Assembly (NCBI GenBank): GCA_028023455.1 | Contig: JAQFVV010000010.1 | Coordinates: 11,036,001-11,100,000 of the forward strand | From: Epiperipatus broadwayi | Lineage: Eukaryota > Animalia > Onychophora | Direction: 5' to 3' | Length of the DNA: 64,000 nucleotides | Part shown: piece by piece, positions 41,288 through 54,800 of the stretch | Layout of the letters: the number at the start of each line of letters is the position of its first letter | How positions within the stretch are numbered: position 1 is the first letter of the stretch | Notes under the pieces: generated by a model | Seen by the model: the letters and a program-made list of their open reading frames with translations, nothing else | Told to the model about the DNA's origin: nothing | Database searches by the model: none | Program-made: the position numbers and the translations under genes

Positions 41288-43534
41288 CTAAAAAAATTTA
41301 AAAAAAAATAAAAATACAAATATATAATGATAAATATCACATATTCCAAACAAATGCAAAAAATATTAAAAAATACTAAAAATTCTCTTTACCTCAACAT
41401 CTTTTTCTATTACAAACAATCTCAACTTAATCAATTTTTTTACATTTATATACCCATCCAAAAGATAAGGCCACTTGAACAGAAGGCATTGCATCAGAAA
41501 TTTAGCAAGTAGCTGAAAAAGTCCCAATAATAATTGCTACCAAATAATCCCAATCAATCAGAAAAACTACTTAATAGCTTATTGATTGGAAAAATAGAAT
41601 TTAAATTCTACAGGAAAGAAAAAAGTATTAGAAAAGAGTGTTACTTTATACCATAGGTTTTAAACAATGGATAAGTAAAATTATTTGATTTAGATTAAAG
41701 CTTATTGCCAAACTATAGTCAATTGGATCAAAATTTTATTCTAATCACTAAATAAAGCATTTTTGGATTTTTCCAGTATTTAGCAAATATCATTATGACA
41801 TTCTTAGCTTCATGATTTTTTTCAGAAATTAGATTTTCCAGTCCATTGAAATTATTTAGGAAAAAAATAAAAATAAGGGGAGGGGGGAGACATTTGGAAA
41901 TTTTTAAAATATAGTCATAAAACAAAATAGTAAAGTCAATGGAAGGTAAACAAATGTAGAAAATAAAAACGTAGACAAATTTAAATATATATATTGATTT
42001 GCTATGAAATTAATGAAATCAAATGGAGATCATCTGAAAAAGTGTTTTGACTAACCCACAGAGATTCTGATATATATATACACACATGTATATAAAGCTC
42101 ATGTATTTTATCCAATATTCTCAGACCTATTCTATTACCCAATATACATTATTATGACGTGCTTAGTTACCTGATCTTTTCTGAGACAGGATTTTGTAGC
42201 TCACTAAAATTATATTTGAAAAAGAGAATTAACAATAAAGGGAAAAAGTGTTTAGAGATTTTTAGAATGTAGTAATAAAAACATTAAGTAAGTTGGATGG
42301 AAGAAAAACAAAAGTAGAAAAAAAATAGCCTCGATAAAGATACATTGCATCAAAAGCCTGACTTAGCAAATTTAAATTAAAATATTAATTATTAATTGTC
42401 ATATATTCATGAGGAATATAATTTTATATTTCACTACAATTTACTTAATTTGTTATATATTATGCTTCCAGTTCAATTGATAATTAAAATTTGCGCATCA
42501 AACAATGAGAGAAAATGGTCTGAGTTTCTGGGTTGATGAATGTTTGAAATATGCGGAGTTAAATATAAGAGATGTCTGTGATAAAAATTAAAATATATAT
42601 ATTGTAACATTTAGTTTAAAATGAGAGACAGTTAAAAAGATAATAGTAAAATATATATATAATTTTATTTTATTTATGGATAGGTAGCATGGTTATAAAA
42701 AGTGTGTAAGTATATATATATGTGCGTGTGAGAATAAGTGTAAACAGTCACACGCACATTAACATTTAATTATTTCATTACAAAATAAAATAAAATATAA
42801 TAATAACAGTATTAATTATTAAATTTGATAATAAAGATAAATAAAATAATTAGTCTGATAAAGTGTTATTATTTTTTAAAAAATAATGTGTAAAGTTTTA
42901 TTTTGTTTATTTTAATCGGTTTGAAAGCTGGGATATAAAAAAAAAAAATCGTGATTTTATTGTCTGATCGAGGAGAAGACGGGAAAAAGAATAACAAGAG
43001 ATATACGGAAAGCTCATGAACTGTTAAATAACAGAAAAGTTTGTCTCCTAAATCTAAAAAAATTAAAACATATTTATTTTGAAAAACTACAAACAACATA
43101 TAGTCCTAAATAGAAGTAAGTAAGAGAAGAAAGACATATTTCTCCAAAAGAACTGGATATTTAAAATTTTACCAGATTAATGGATTAACCAAGTTTATAC
43201 TAACTTTCTATATCATCTTATAATTCAATTCATGATGATTTTATCATTAAAACAAAGGACACAATAATTGGATACACTTATCAAAGCAATCAAACTTACT
43301 TCAAGTATTGTGTAATGCCAGTAGGAGTACTGTCATCTGATCACAAAATGAACTCCAATAAAAAGAAAATTGCCGATTTGGTGAAACAAATTAAAAAATC
43401 ATTTCCTTTTGCAGTGCAATTTTCAACAAGCTAAAGTAATAATGATGATTTATTGTTAGTTTTTTTATTATTATTATATTCTTAATTAAAAAACTATAAA
43501 GAGTTCTAGATACAATAGTTCACATATCTTATTT

Positions 43535-43632
43535 AATAAATATTAACTTTATGCACAAGCCTTCTGGCATCCATTGATTATTCTGGCTCGCATTGAGTGG
43601 CATTATTGTATGGAGAGTTTCGCCTGTTTTAA
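43535..43632 (+). mobile_element. Family A fragment
   Basis: TTTATGCACAAGCCTTCTGGCATCC...GGAGAGTTTCGCCTGTTTTAA. Confidence 0.85.
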
Positions 43633-44150
43633 AAAATATTCCATTTAAATAATAACATTATAAAAAAATATTATTGATAGGAGAATATTTGAGATTTTTT
43701 ATGCACACGTAAAATATCGATGAGTTTTAAAGACATTAAAAAAAAGAATAGTATGCATCTTCATAATTTTACAGTTGGATATTTATAGTTTTTTCTTTTT
43801 TTAAAATATGGAATAAATAAATATGTACACACTTATAAATAATCATTTTGAAGTACATAAAATATATTTTGTTGTAACAACTGATTTATATAGATAGGTA
43901 ACAAAAATATTAATCTCTGTACTTCTGCTCAGATTCATAATTAAAACATTAATAATTTTAGCATAAATAATAAAATGGTAAGTAAACACACAGGATACCA
44001 TTAATTAATATGTATGGTTAAGACAGTGTGTGTTATTGTTTCTGCAAATGTTTAACAATTCTTTACATATATATATATAAATCTTAATATTGAAATTATA
44101 AAATTATTTCTCCTTAAGATAAATATTTTTTATTACATTTATTTTGGTAC

Positions 44151-44408
44151 TTTTGGAGTAGCGCTACCATGACGTAATTCGCCAGTCATAATTATTCTAA
44201 CTTTGCGAATTATATTAAAAACTCACAACTATGGCATTCTGCTGTCACAAACATCCTCCCCCTTCCCATTGGAGAAAGGTATAGCATTCTGCCGTGTTGC
44301 AACTACAGGCAGCCAAAATTATTACGAAAACCTAAAGTGCTAGAAGAATTTGCAAAGTTAGAATAATTAAGGCCAGGCGATTACATCATGGCAAAGCTAA
44401 TCCCAAAA
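44151..44408. mobile_element. MITE with ~60-bp imperfect TIRs, relatively CpG-rich
   Basis: TTTTGGAGTAGCGCTACCATGACGTAATT...ATTATTCTAACTTTGCGAATT versus its inverted counterpart at ~44347-44408. Confidence 0.7.
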
Positions 44409-45464
44409 TATTTTTATTTTATTTGGTTATTTTGTAAAAGAGCTATAGTACAATTATAGGAAGAAAAATTACGAGTAACCAAAATGCTGTACACATTAGG
44501 TATCAATTAATTAATTTATTGTTTTATTATTAGTAATTTAATTTGTGCTTTTTTATGTTTCACATATATTTCATGTTATAAATTATTGTTATCAATTGCC
44601 ATGGTAGTCATTGGTCTCAATTTTATATATTGTTTTAGTTTGAATTTAAGATAGATTAATTCATATTAGATATCATAATGAATTTATATTTTTTATTATT
44701 CTCAGCAATATTTAATATTTGTCTCATAATGTATAACTTTAATATATTAGCAATGAGATGGGGCGAAGTAGCATAACTATGTGATGAGTATCTATCTTGA
44801 CTTTCATGGCACTTGAAATTTATAAATAATTGCAAGTTGGGATAAATCAATAATAAATTTAATGTATTTGGTGATATGACTATAATATTGGTGTTATTCT
44901 AAAGTTATAATGTTACAATTTCATTTGTTTATGCTGATATATTTCACCATTACTGTTTTGGTTTTCATACATTGAGCTAGAATGAAGGGCTATATTTGCT
45001 GGACTGTTAAATATATATATATTTATGTAAGTAATAATTGATTTGAAAAATGTATATAACCAATCTAATTTCAAATTTTATAGTGTATGTCTTAATCAAA
45101 ATTTTTATCATATTGCAAACTATCTCCTCATGCAAAAATTTCAGTTATCCTCTATTACTATTCATGTATATCAGACGTGAATCTACTTGAGGAAATGTAC
45201 TTACAGTAAGAGAGAGTGATATGAAATTTTTATACTAAGAGATAATGTGCAATATGATAGATTTCAATTGAGAAATACCCTATAATATCGAAAATTTGAT
45301 TAGTATTGAAGACATGTAAGAGATTGTGACTGGGATTAATTGAAGAATGCAGGTTCAGATCTTTATTCATATGTTTCAAGAATGTTTTGTGGAATAAAAG
45401 TTTTAAATATATCTAAAAGTGATAAGGCACATATAAAAAGAGGAATAAAGTTGGATTAATGATA

Positions 45465-46116
45465 TTCGGTGCTAATTTAGTATGTGATCTAGTACATAAT
45501 CTCTGCCATTTTTTAATTTGAAAAATGACCAAAAACATCATCTGACACATCTAAGTGATAAAAAAAAAAGCCAAAAGTGGGAAAATTTTGAATTCAGGTC
45601 ATGTGACAAAAATTTTACACAAACACTTTCTGTAATCAATCAAAAGCTAAACTTTACAAAATAAAAAAAGCATCATGTATTTTTAACTTATAAAAAGTAT
45701 AGATATTTAAAAAACCAAAATGTAAAAAATTTATAAATCTTGTCAAGCAAAAAACTTTACAAAATAGATCACATAATAAAAAAAAATATTTTAAAAATAT
45801 AAAAAGCTAACATGCATTATTAAATCATGCAGGTTACAAAAGAAGCATGGTGCGCTACCTTTATCAAATTAAATTTATAACTTGTAAGCCTCATTTTTGT
45901 AAAAATATAAATGTCAAAATAAAATCTAAAATAAAACATTTTATTTTTATAATTAATTGTAATTTTTCTTACCAGAACTCATGTCACATCTCTATAAAAA
46001 GCAAAAAAACCTACATATTTTCAAAATATAAGATGCCCACGTATTTTTAATATATAAAAAGCATCATGTTTTTCAAATTAAAAATGGTGGAGATTGTGTA
46101 CTAAATTAGCACCTAA
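45465..46116. mobile_element. Tc1/mariner-type MITE
   Basis: TA|TTCGGTGCTAATTTAGTA...TACTAAATTAGCACCTAA|TA: TIRs with TA target duplication. Confidence 0.7.
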
Positions 46117-46839
46117 TATTCTATGTTTATAATTAATTAAAACAAAACATTTATATTAATCTTTAACTTTATTTAAAGTTTATATCTTGGCTAGGAATGA
46201 TATGATAATCTCTAGCTTAATAAATGATTAGTAATAATTATTAATATATTTATCTAAGGTGGATAGTGTAAAGATGTGAATGCAGGAAGGTTGAATAAAA
46301 AGTTCTTAGATATTGATGATCATTTTGTGGATTTAAATTATATGCTAAAATGATTTAATTCATCTATCAACTTTTACAAAAATTATTATAATGACTCATG
46401 TTTAAGATTCATAATAAAACAATGATTATTATATTAAGTATATTAAAAGATTTGTTTATTTCAAGTTTGAATGAAATGAGAGAAATAAAGATATGAGTGC
46501 ATATCAATATCCAGCTTAATGAAATATTCAAAAAATTTATTAGGATATTTTATAAATGTTGGAGACAGATTCTCATTATTATTATTACTTGATGATGATG
46601 ATTATATGACTGCAATTTAAACTTCGTTTAGGGCAGTACTTTTTTCTTTACTATTTTTCTTATTTATATGACTGATCTTAGGATTTATCTTACATCTCTA
46701 TTTTTATTATGTTATACTAAGGATTGCAAGATTTTCTCTACAAATTGATGATATTAGGTAATTTATGACATGGCACAATGATAATAAAATGGTGATTAGT
46801 ATTGACAAATGTTTAATAGTATCATATTTTTAATAAATT

Positions 46840-47101
46840 ATTAAAAATAGGCAAAACTCTCCATACAGTAGTGCCACTCAGTGCCAACCAGAGTAATCAA
46901 TGGATGCCAGAAGGCTTGTGCATAAAATTCCTATCTAGTGCCTACTCATCCAATATCCCCACCCTATCTACTGCACAAGCCTTCTGGCATCCATTGATTA
47001 CTCTGATTGGCACTGAGTGGCACTACTGTATGGAGAGTTTTGACTTTTTAATAACAGTAATGTGCTAGCATAAGAGGTAGTGATCATGTGATGTTTAGTG
47101 A
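46840..47101. mobile_element. Family A short foldback with probable 12-bp TSD
   Basis: TTTTAATAAATT 46828-46839 / TTTTAATAAGTT 47102-47113. Confidence 0.85.
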
Positions 47102-47879
47102 TTTTAATAAGTTCTGAATTATCTTTGTATCTCATAAACAAGAGGAGACTATAACTTTAAATTATAGCTTGGGGAAAAGTGATTTATTCCCTTTGTTTAC
47201 ATATACATGGAGCTATGTGTGATTTAAACTTTACATATTAAATCTTGTTTAATTATTACAATCAAGGTGTTAAAAGTGATATGTTGTCTACACCTTGTAT
47301 TATTAATTATGAGTTTAAGAACTTTTAACTGCCATATTTCATTTGTTTGATAAATTAATTTCACTCTGAATTACCAAAAATGTTGACAAAAGTATGCTTA
47401 TAAACATCAGAGCAACTAAAAATAGATGGATTCATTTTTATTGGATTTATCCTATTCTTGATTCATTTGTTCAACATTTAGAGTGCTTTCAAGTCATGGC
47501 CTGGGAAAAGTGCTTTACTCCCATTGTTTACATTGAGGTATGTGTTTTTTTTAAAACTTTGTATCTATAACGTACTGATAATCACTAAATTAAATGTAAT
47601 ACTTTTCAAAAAAATCTAAATGTCATACTTACAAATAATGGACCTTTTCATGCATATATCAAGTACATAGTTAAGAGGGCTCTCAAAATTATGGGTAAAT
47701 GTTAGGTATAGCAAACTATTTAATGATAAAATATGAATTATTTAAGTATTTTGTCTTTACTATTGTTGATTATATAGCTGTTATTTGGAGTCCTCACTCT
47801 TAAATGGAATATTATTGAAATCCAATTATTAAAAGATAAATTTTATAGACACATCAGGTTAAATAATAATAGCATGGTA

Positions 47880-47978
47880 TTTTTTTTATCATGTGTCATT
47901 GGCCAGGAAACAAACCTGCTAACTCGGGACAACTGCCCGTAAGGCAGCTATGCTGACCTCTCGACCACCAATGCTTAA
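47880..47978 (-). mobile_element. tRNA-derived SINE copy
   Basis: CATGTGTCATTGGCCAGG...GACCTCTCGACCACCAATGCTT. Confidence 0.8.
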
Positions 47979-48319
47979 CATTTTTATATAAAATTCTTAG
48001 TAATTTATCAAAATTTGCTAATAAATATTTTATTCATTTCTGCAAAATATAAAACTAGGTTTTTTGAATCTTTTTTTATATTAAAACATGTTACTCAAAT
48101 AATCTTAAATTTTCTTCATTATTTTGACTATTGGTCTCTTAGAATAAAGGTTTTTTTTAATACTAATCATTTCAATCCAAGTAATAAAAACTATAACAAT
48201 GTCCTTATTGAAAACATGATCATCAGTTTATTAAGATTATATCTTATTTCTTCTAGTATTTTCATTTTATTTTTTCATAATTTTATTTATGATATTTTTA
48301 ATATTTAAACACAAATATA

Positions 48320-49390
48320 TTGTATATACTGAACTTAATGTAATTTAGAAGGCATTTGAACTCAAACTTTAAGCTCCCTACAATTATCCACTCCATCTTA
48401 TACAACTGACAGACATGATCATATACATGTAAAAAGAATAAATGATCTTCAATATATGTATTTTATACTGAATCAGCACTCACCAGTTGATCCAGATCAT
48501 CTTCCACACACACATATGTAATCGGTGCTCAGTTTATATTAAAATAGCAAATTTTCATACTTCAATGGACAGGCTTCAATCTTCTCCATCCTCCAACTCT
48601 TCAGCCATCCATACCATTGAAAATCTGATGGAACACTCAAAGCCCTTGTTGATGCCAATATTGTTGTCATACCCATGTTGACTTTAAGGCACTCTGACCC
48701 CTCACACATAATACCTTAATATGTCTATTTAAATACACAGAAGAGGGATGTCAGAATATAGGCAGAATATGTAATACTTAAATACAAGTATAACGATTGT
48801 AAAAAAAAAGTATATTGTCTATACTGAACTTAATGTAATTTAGAAGGTATTTGAACTTAAACTTTCAAGCGCCATACAGCTATTTAACTTAGATTTTCAA
48901 TCACCCTACATCCACTCCATCTTATAGAGCTAACACATGACCACATACTTATATTTAAGCATTACATATTCAGTCTGTATTCTGCCACCCCTCTTCTGTG
49001 TATTTAAATGGATATATTAAGGTATTATATGTGAGGGATCAGAGTGATTTAAAGTCAACATGGGTATGACAACAATATTGCTATCAACAAAGGATTTGAG
49101 CATTCCATCATCAGACTTTCAATGATATGGATGGCTGAAGAGTTGGTCGACGGAGAAAATTGAAGCCTGTCCATTAAAATATAAAGACTTGCAATCTTAA
49201 TATAAACTTAGCACTGATTATATATATGTGAGACCAACTGATGAGTGCTGGTTCAGCATGAAATATGTATATTGGAGATCATTTATCTTTTTCACATGTA
49301 TGTGGACATGACTGTCAGTTGTATAAGATGGAGTGAATAGCTACAGGGAGCTTAAAAGTCTGAGTTCAAATCCCTTATAAATTATAATAT
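48320..49390. repeat. Family Y large foldback (~450-bp arms plus partial direct duplication), Penelope pLTR-like
   Basis: Arm ~48320-48790 is mirrored by ~48945-49390; ~48820-48950 repeats the start of the left arm. Confidence 0.8.
49234..49275 (+). ncRNA. Minimal type I hammerhead ribozyme (family Y)
   Basis: CCAA CTGATGA GTGCTG GTT CAGCAT GAA ATATGTAT A^ TTGG. The sister copy at ~52265-52285 gives a palindromic stem III ATACGTAT. Confidence 0.75.
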
Positions 49391-49499
49391 GTATGTATTT
49401 TTTTTAACTTTATTTGTACTATTTATGTAATTTCTGTGTATTCAATAATTGGCATTTACTGCTATTGAATTGTACATTAAATAAACATTTAAATGGAAT

Positions 49500-50262
49500 A
49501 ATAACAATCATTCAATTCAATTCATTTAAGTGCTAAACAACAGTGTATATCCAATTATAGTTTACATATAAAAATAGTAAAGGGATATAAACATTATGTG
49601 TATAACATAATAATAAAAGAAAATAACAAACAAAGAAGAATATATATATATAAATAAATAAATAAAATAAATTTAAATTTGTCAACAATGACATTTCAAT
49701 TTAAGAATATTACAAAATTGCTTCTAATCTAAATTTAAATGATTAGTATTATTAAAAATATGATTGTATAAAGAGGGTAGCATGAATAAAGGAGAACATT
49801 TAAGGACATTGGAATGGCAAGTTTATATATAATAGACAAAATCAGACTGATTATCATGCTCATAAGACCTAATTATAATAGTTGAAATTATATCAGATAG
49901 GATAACTTAATGATTAAAGATTTTATAAAGATATTTAAGATCTTTGTATTTCCAGCTAGAAGAAAGATGAAGAACACCTTTATTTTCCAGAGAAACATAT
50001 TTTGGAGAACTTATTAGATACTGATTGTAATAAATTACAGCCTTGTTTAGAATTAAGATTACAATTCATTGAACAATATTTATGATGGGAAGAACCAATG
50101 AGAAAAATAATTTCAATTTTGGATCATCACTGAAATGATAACTATATTTAAGGATGGCACCCATAATTTTAAAAGCTTCACCAATGATCATTTCTAAATG
50201 AGGAAGAAATGATTCATTGCTAGAAAATAAGTCTCAGATCTTTTGGAATTCAACAGAATTAA
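49500..50262 (-). mobile_element. 3' fragment of a CR1/L2/jockey-type LINE
   Basis: Minus strand FLPHLEMIIGEAFKIMGAILKYSYHFSDDPKLKLFFSLVLP (post-RT region) and a (TTGAA)-like tail near 49510-49525. Confidence 0.6.
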
Positions 50263-50264
50263 TT

Positions 50265-50348
50265 TTAAAACATGCAAAATTCTCTATACAGTAGTGCCAC
50301 TCAGTACAAGCCAGAGTAATCAATGGATGCAAAAAGGTTTGTGCACTT
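50265..50348 (-). mobile_element. Family A fragment
   Basis: AAAACATGCAAAATTCTCTATACAGTAGTGCCACTCAG...ATCAATGGATGC. Confidence 0.8.
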
Positions 50349-50745
50349 CCTCAAGCAATATTTCCATAGATCTGATGAATTTGTAAAAATATTAAATCTA
50401 TTTATCAAGGAAATTACAGTCAGGAAATTGTTGATTTAAACAAGTTTCTGTAAGAAATATAAGATCAAAGTGTTTTGTTTAAAAGAATTGTTTAATTTTG
50501 GCATATTTAGTTGACAATTGCCTAATATTCATAAAAAAAAACAGAAAGGCATGCCATGGTAACCAGGAAAATAATAAAAATAAAGCCAATAAAAATAAAG
50601 AGAAAAATGGAAGAGGATGAAGAATAAAGAGAAAGTCAGTGATAGACAAAGAGATAAGAATATAAATTCAATCAAAGTCTTAAAGAATTAGCCCTTCTAA
50701 ACACTTTCCTTCTTCCTTTCCTTTATTTCTGTTATCTTCATATAC

Positions 50746-50927
50746 AATATTGCAATTCAAATAATTCTTCTTATGCTTTTTTCAGCAAAAACTTTTTATT
50801 ATTATTATTAGAAGAAGAAGAGAATAAGATCTGATGAAGACTGCAAGGGACAGTCGAAACTGTAATAATAATATAAAAAAGTTTTTGCTGAAAAAAGTGT
50901 AAGAAGAATTATTTGAATTGCAATATT
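50746..50927. repeat. Foldback enclosing a minimal hammerhead (50827-50868 plus)
   Basis: AGAT CTGATGA A GACTG CAAGGGA CAGTC GAAA CT GTA^; the sister copy at 14213 supplies the pairing ATCT for stem I. Confidence 0.7.
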
Positions 50928-52139
50928 AAATATTAATTTACTGTATTTATGTGCAAAGCAGAAATATAAAAGCAAAAATATTTTATATTATTCATATTAA
51001 TTTTATGACAAACAATGTTAGTTCTTAAAGTATTTTCAAGGAACAATTTAACATTATATGAATAAGATTCTCTGGCATATTAGAAAGAAAATATCTATTG
51101 TTTTTTATATTGATATTAGAATAAATATTAGAGAAGAATTCAGTAAAATAAGAATTATTCAAGCTAGCAGATATATTAATTTTTGTTATCACTGAAGAAT
51201 GAAGTATGTTATCATTCATACTAGAAGTAAAAAAAGAGTATCCAAAATTATTTTCCCTATTATTAACATTATTATATATATTATTGTTAAATTCTGTGCA
51301 TTAAAAATAATAGGATCTGTGAGCTGGAATGAATTTGGAAGCATCAGCTAGAGAATTATGTATCCTAAAAATAATAAGAAGAATTAATATTATTATAATT
51401 GTTGTTGATGTTTGATTTTGTCAAATCAACATCAACTTGTGGGAGTCATATAAATACTATTTTTGTAATTGGCTTTATTCATTAGGGTGATAACGGAATA
51501 TTTATCTCAGAACTGATCATTTTTTTCTTTTTTTAAAATACTATAATCATTTGTTATTCTATGCAACAGTCAATAAATAGGTAGCTTAATTTAATGTATA
51601 ATGCTAGAAGTTGATTTCCCAATCAGAAGGCATTCATAGTGACTATTTCAGAAATATATCTAAAAAAATCTTAGAGTAAATGTGGAAGAATCACAAAATA
51701 GTCAGACATGTTGTCATTAATCTGAGCCTATAATGGAGGTTTGGAAACTCATTCTGACCAAAATTTTATCATATCATAAGAAACCTGCGTGTTAAATACC
51801 AAGATTGTGGATTTTATTTTAGAAGGGAATAAAAATGATTGTTGTTTGAAAAATATATAAATCAGTAAAAAAAACCATTTTTTTTTAAAATAGAGCTTGT
51901 CACCAAAAGAAAAATTTCACAAACATTTAATTTTAAAGGTCTTGACTTTTTCAGCGATCTTTATTTATGTTTCAAGAATGTGCGTTGAAGTAAATATTTT
52001 AAATATAGTTTAAAACGATATTCCATATATATATAAATTAAATTGAATAATAAAACCAAATATATAAATATTTAACCTGTTTTAAAACTTACAATTAGTC
52101 TAAAAATGATAATAACCTCAATCGTCACAAATAATTTGT

Positions 52140-52540
52140 AATAATTATTAATGTAATATATAGAGTATATGAGCACAGACTTTCACACGACCCACCACTG
52201 TCCACACCATCTCATAACACTGATACACTTGAACACACATATGTTGAAAAGATAAATAATCACCAATATACGTATTTCATGCTAAACCAGCAATAATCAC
52301 TTGGTCCAGACTACCATCTCTACACATATATGCTATAAGTGCTCAGATATATATTAAGATAGCCAATCCTCATACTTTAATGGACAGGCTTCAATCTACT
52401 CCACACTCCAACTCTTCAACCGTCCAGCCAATTGAAAATCTGATGATGGAATGCTCAAAGGCAGTGTTATGAGATGGTGTGGAGAGTGGTGGGTCATGTG
52501 AAAGTCTGTGCTCATATACCCTATATATTACATATATAGA
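52140..52540. repeat. Family Y foldback with decayed hammerhead
   Basis: GAGCACAGACTTTCACACGACCC / GGGTCATGTGAAAGTCTGTGCTC arms; interior matches ~48430-48660. Confidence 0.8.
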
Positions 52541-53236
52541 CACAGGTATATAATAAGCCTGTGTGTTTCAGTTATTATAATTATTAATGTATTTTTTTAA
52601 AATTGACGTATAAAAGCTGTGGGTGCAGAAAGTGTGACAATTGGAAATCAAATTGTGTTAATTATTTAATACAAAGTATTCCAAAATAAAATTACTTTAA
52701 AAGAACATCCATATAAACATCGTATAAGTTTTATGTAATAAAAAGTAGAAAGAATAAATGAATGAGAAATACAAAATTTTAAATAAAAAACTATGTATCC
52801 CGTGCAGAAAATCATGAAGAATCAAATGCAATATACATGTTGCCTATGCGTGAACAACATAGTTGGAAAAAGATTTGTTTGCATGGATAAAACTAAACAT
52901 TTAATTCCAAAAAAAAATAGTCTACTTGTTGGAAATGTGTTTGTTAGATTAATTACAGAAAAATCTCTTAAGTCTGCCAAAGATTACTATCAAATGTTAT
53001 TCTTTCCTTTTTAGATATTAATATTGAGCAAAGAAATATTGATTTATGATTACATCTGGCAGCAATACTAATTGTGTATTAGTTTGACTTTGCAAATTAA
53101 ATAACTAGTATAATTGAAATAAGGTCAGGTAATATGCTGTATTCATTTTTGTTTCCAAACTCAATCATCAAAAGTAAACAAATTGGGTATTAATCTACAA
53201 TTGCACCAGTCCATATAGAGCATGGTAATGTTGATT

Positions 53237-53577
53237 TTAAACCACTAAACATTACATGATCACCATTTTTTATGCTTTCTCATAACTGTTATTAAAACAG
53301 GCAAAACTCTCTATACAGTAGTGCCACTCAGTGCAAACCAGAGTAATCAATGGATGCCAGAAGGCATGTGCATAAAATCCCTATCTAGTGCCTTAGATCC
53401 TAAAATCTAGGTGCAGTGCTCTCAGATCCAAGGCTCCTCACTGATGAAGGCCACAAGCCAAAAACTAGTCTGAGGATATTGGATGGGTAGGCACTAGATA
53501 GGGATTTTATGCACAAGCCTTCTGGCATCCATTGATTACTCTGGCTTGCACTGATTGGCTCTACTGTATGGAGAGTT
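53237..53577. mobile_element. Family A foldback; HHR has G12-to-A change
   Basis: Arms meet at ~53392; core CTGATGA AGGCCACAAGCCA AAAA CTAGTC. Confidence 0.88.
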
Positions 53578-53879
53578 CATTTCAATAATAATTTATTAAC
53601 AATATATAGTGATTCCATTCTGATGAAAATAAAAATTGTACAATAACATGATTATATTAATGTTCTGTTTGACATCTGGCTAGAATGAATTATGTGAATG
53701 CAACTGTTATACCACTTATGTGGTTGGGTAATAGTGAAGAAAATTTGTATAGTGTGTGTGATACAAAGAACTTGTTTAACATGGTTAGAGTGTTTTATAT
53801 AAGCATAAGTATTTTTTAAGATTGCCTGATCTAAAAGGCTAGGTTGGTTGGAGTTGATAAACAGAAAGAAAGTAGTGAA

Positions 53880-54800
53880 ATTAACAATTAGGTACCATCA
53901 AAGGTTTTACTGGAGGCAAGGAGCTGATCACGTTTCTTGATTTTTTTGAGTGTTTGATAAAACAATGGTATAACTTGTAGTAGTGGAAATTCCATGAGTG
54001 TTTTGTGTCTTACAATCCATATGGCACAAAGGAAAAATATAGAAAGCCTTATTATTGAAAATGTTCTGTTATGTATGGTATTTTCAAGTGAGGGAATCAT
54101 GTCAGTTCTTATGTTGGAATTGATGATAATCATATCTTTCAGCATTTTTAGTCTTAGGCATCAGTGTATAATATGCTCTATGGTTTCTTCTTCATGAGAG
54201 CACAGACCACATATTGGGTTGATGCTAGAAATATCTCTGGTGATAAAGAACCCATTTGTGGGAAGCCCATTAAGATTAATTTTAATGATGAAGTTAAGGA
54301 ATTTGGGCTCCAGACTCCATCTTTTGAAGTATGTAATTAGTCTTTGGTTGGTTATGTTTAGACTGTTTTTAATGAGCTGTTGATTAGGTTGTATGCTTCC
54401 CATAGAGTGATTTTTTGGTCAAGATTAGAGGGCATAATCGGGTTATATAGTTTTAAGTGTCCTACTAGTAATGATACCCATGACCTGGTAAAAAGCGGTG
54501 GATGATCAGTCGGTACAATTTTTTCAATAATGTTGGAGTATCTGAAGGAGTGTATAAGATTATGCAGAGTATTGTGAGTTTTTTGTAATATGATTGCCTG
54601 TATCGAGTAGAATGACAGGCCATTGTACCCGCATGGCCATTGGATATCTCACAAGCTAATTGTCACTGTTCTTCCTCTCCAGAGAAGTTTGGTACATAAT
54701 CGGTTAATTTTGTTTTGAAATTGTTTTGTAATTTTAATGAATGGAAGATAATATGAGATTTTTGGCATTATGATCATGTTGAGGCCTACCTTTCCATATA
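53880..54800 (-). mobile_element. 3' fragment of an L1/Tx1-like non-LTR retrotransposon
   Basis: GKVGLNMIIMPKISY, NGLPT...CGLCSHEEETIEH (zf-RVT-like) and AIWIVRH motifs in broken frames. Confidence 0.7.

Noticed and set aside
42603-43098. Possible solo LTR (TGTAAC...AACA) containing a 12-bp inverted repeat at ~42720-42759
   Set aside because: No second copy in the window and the TSD is ambiguous within (TA)n.
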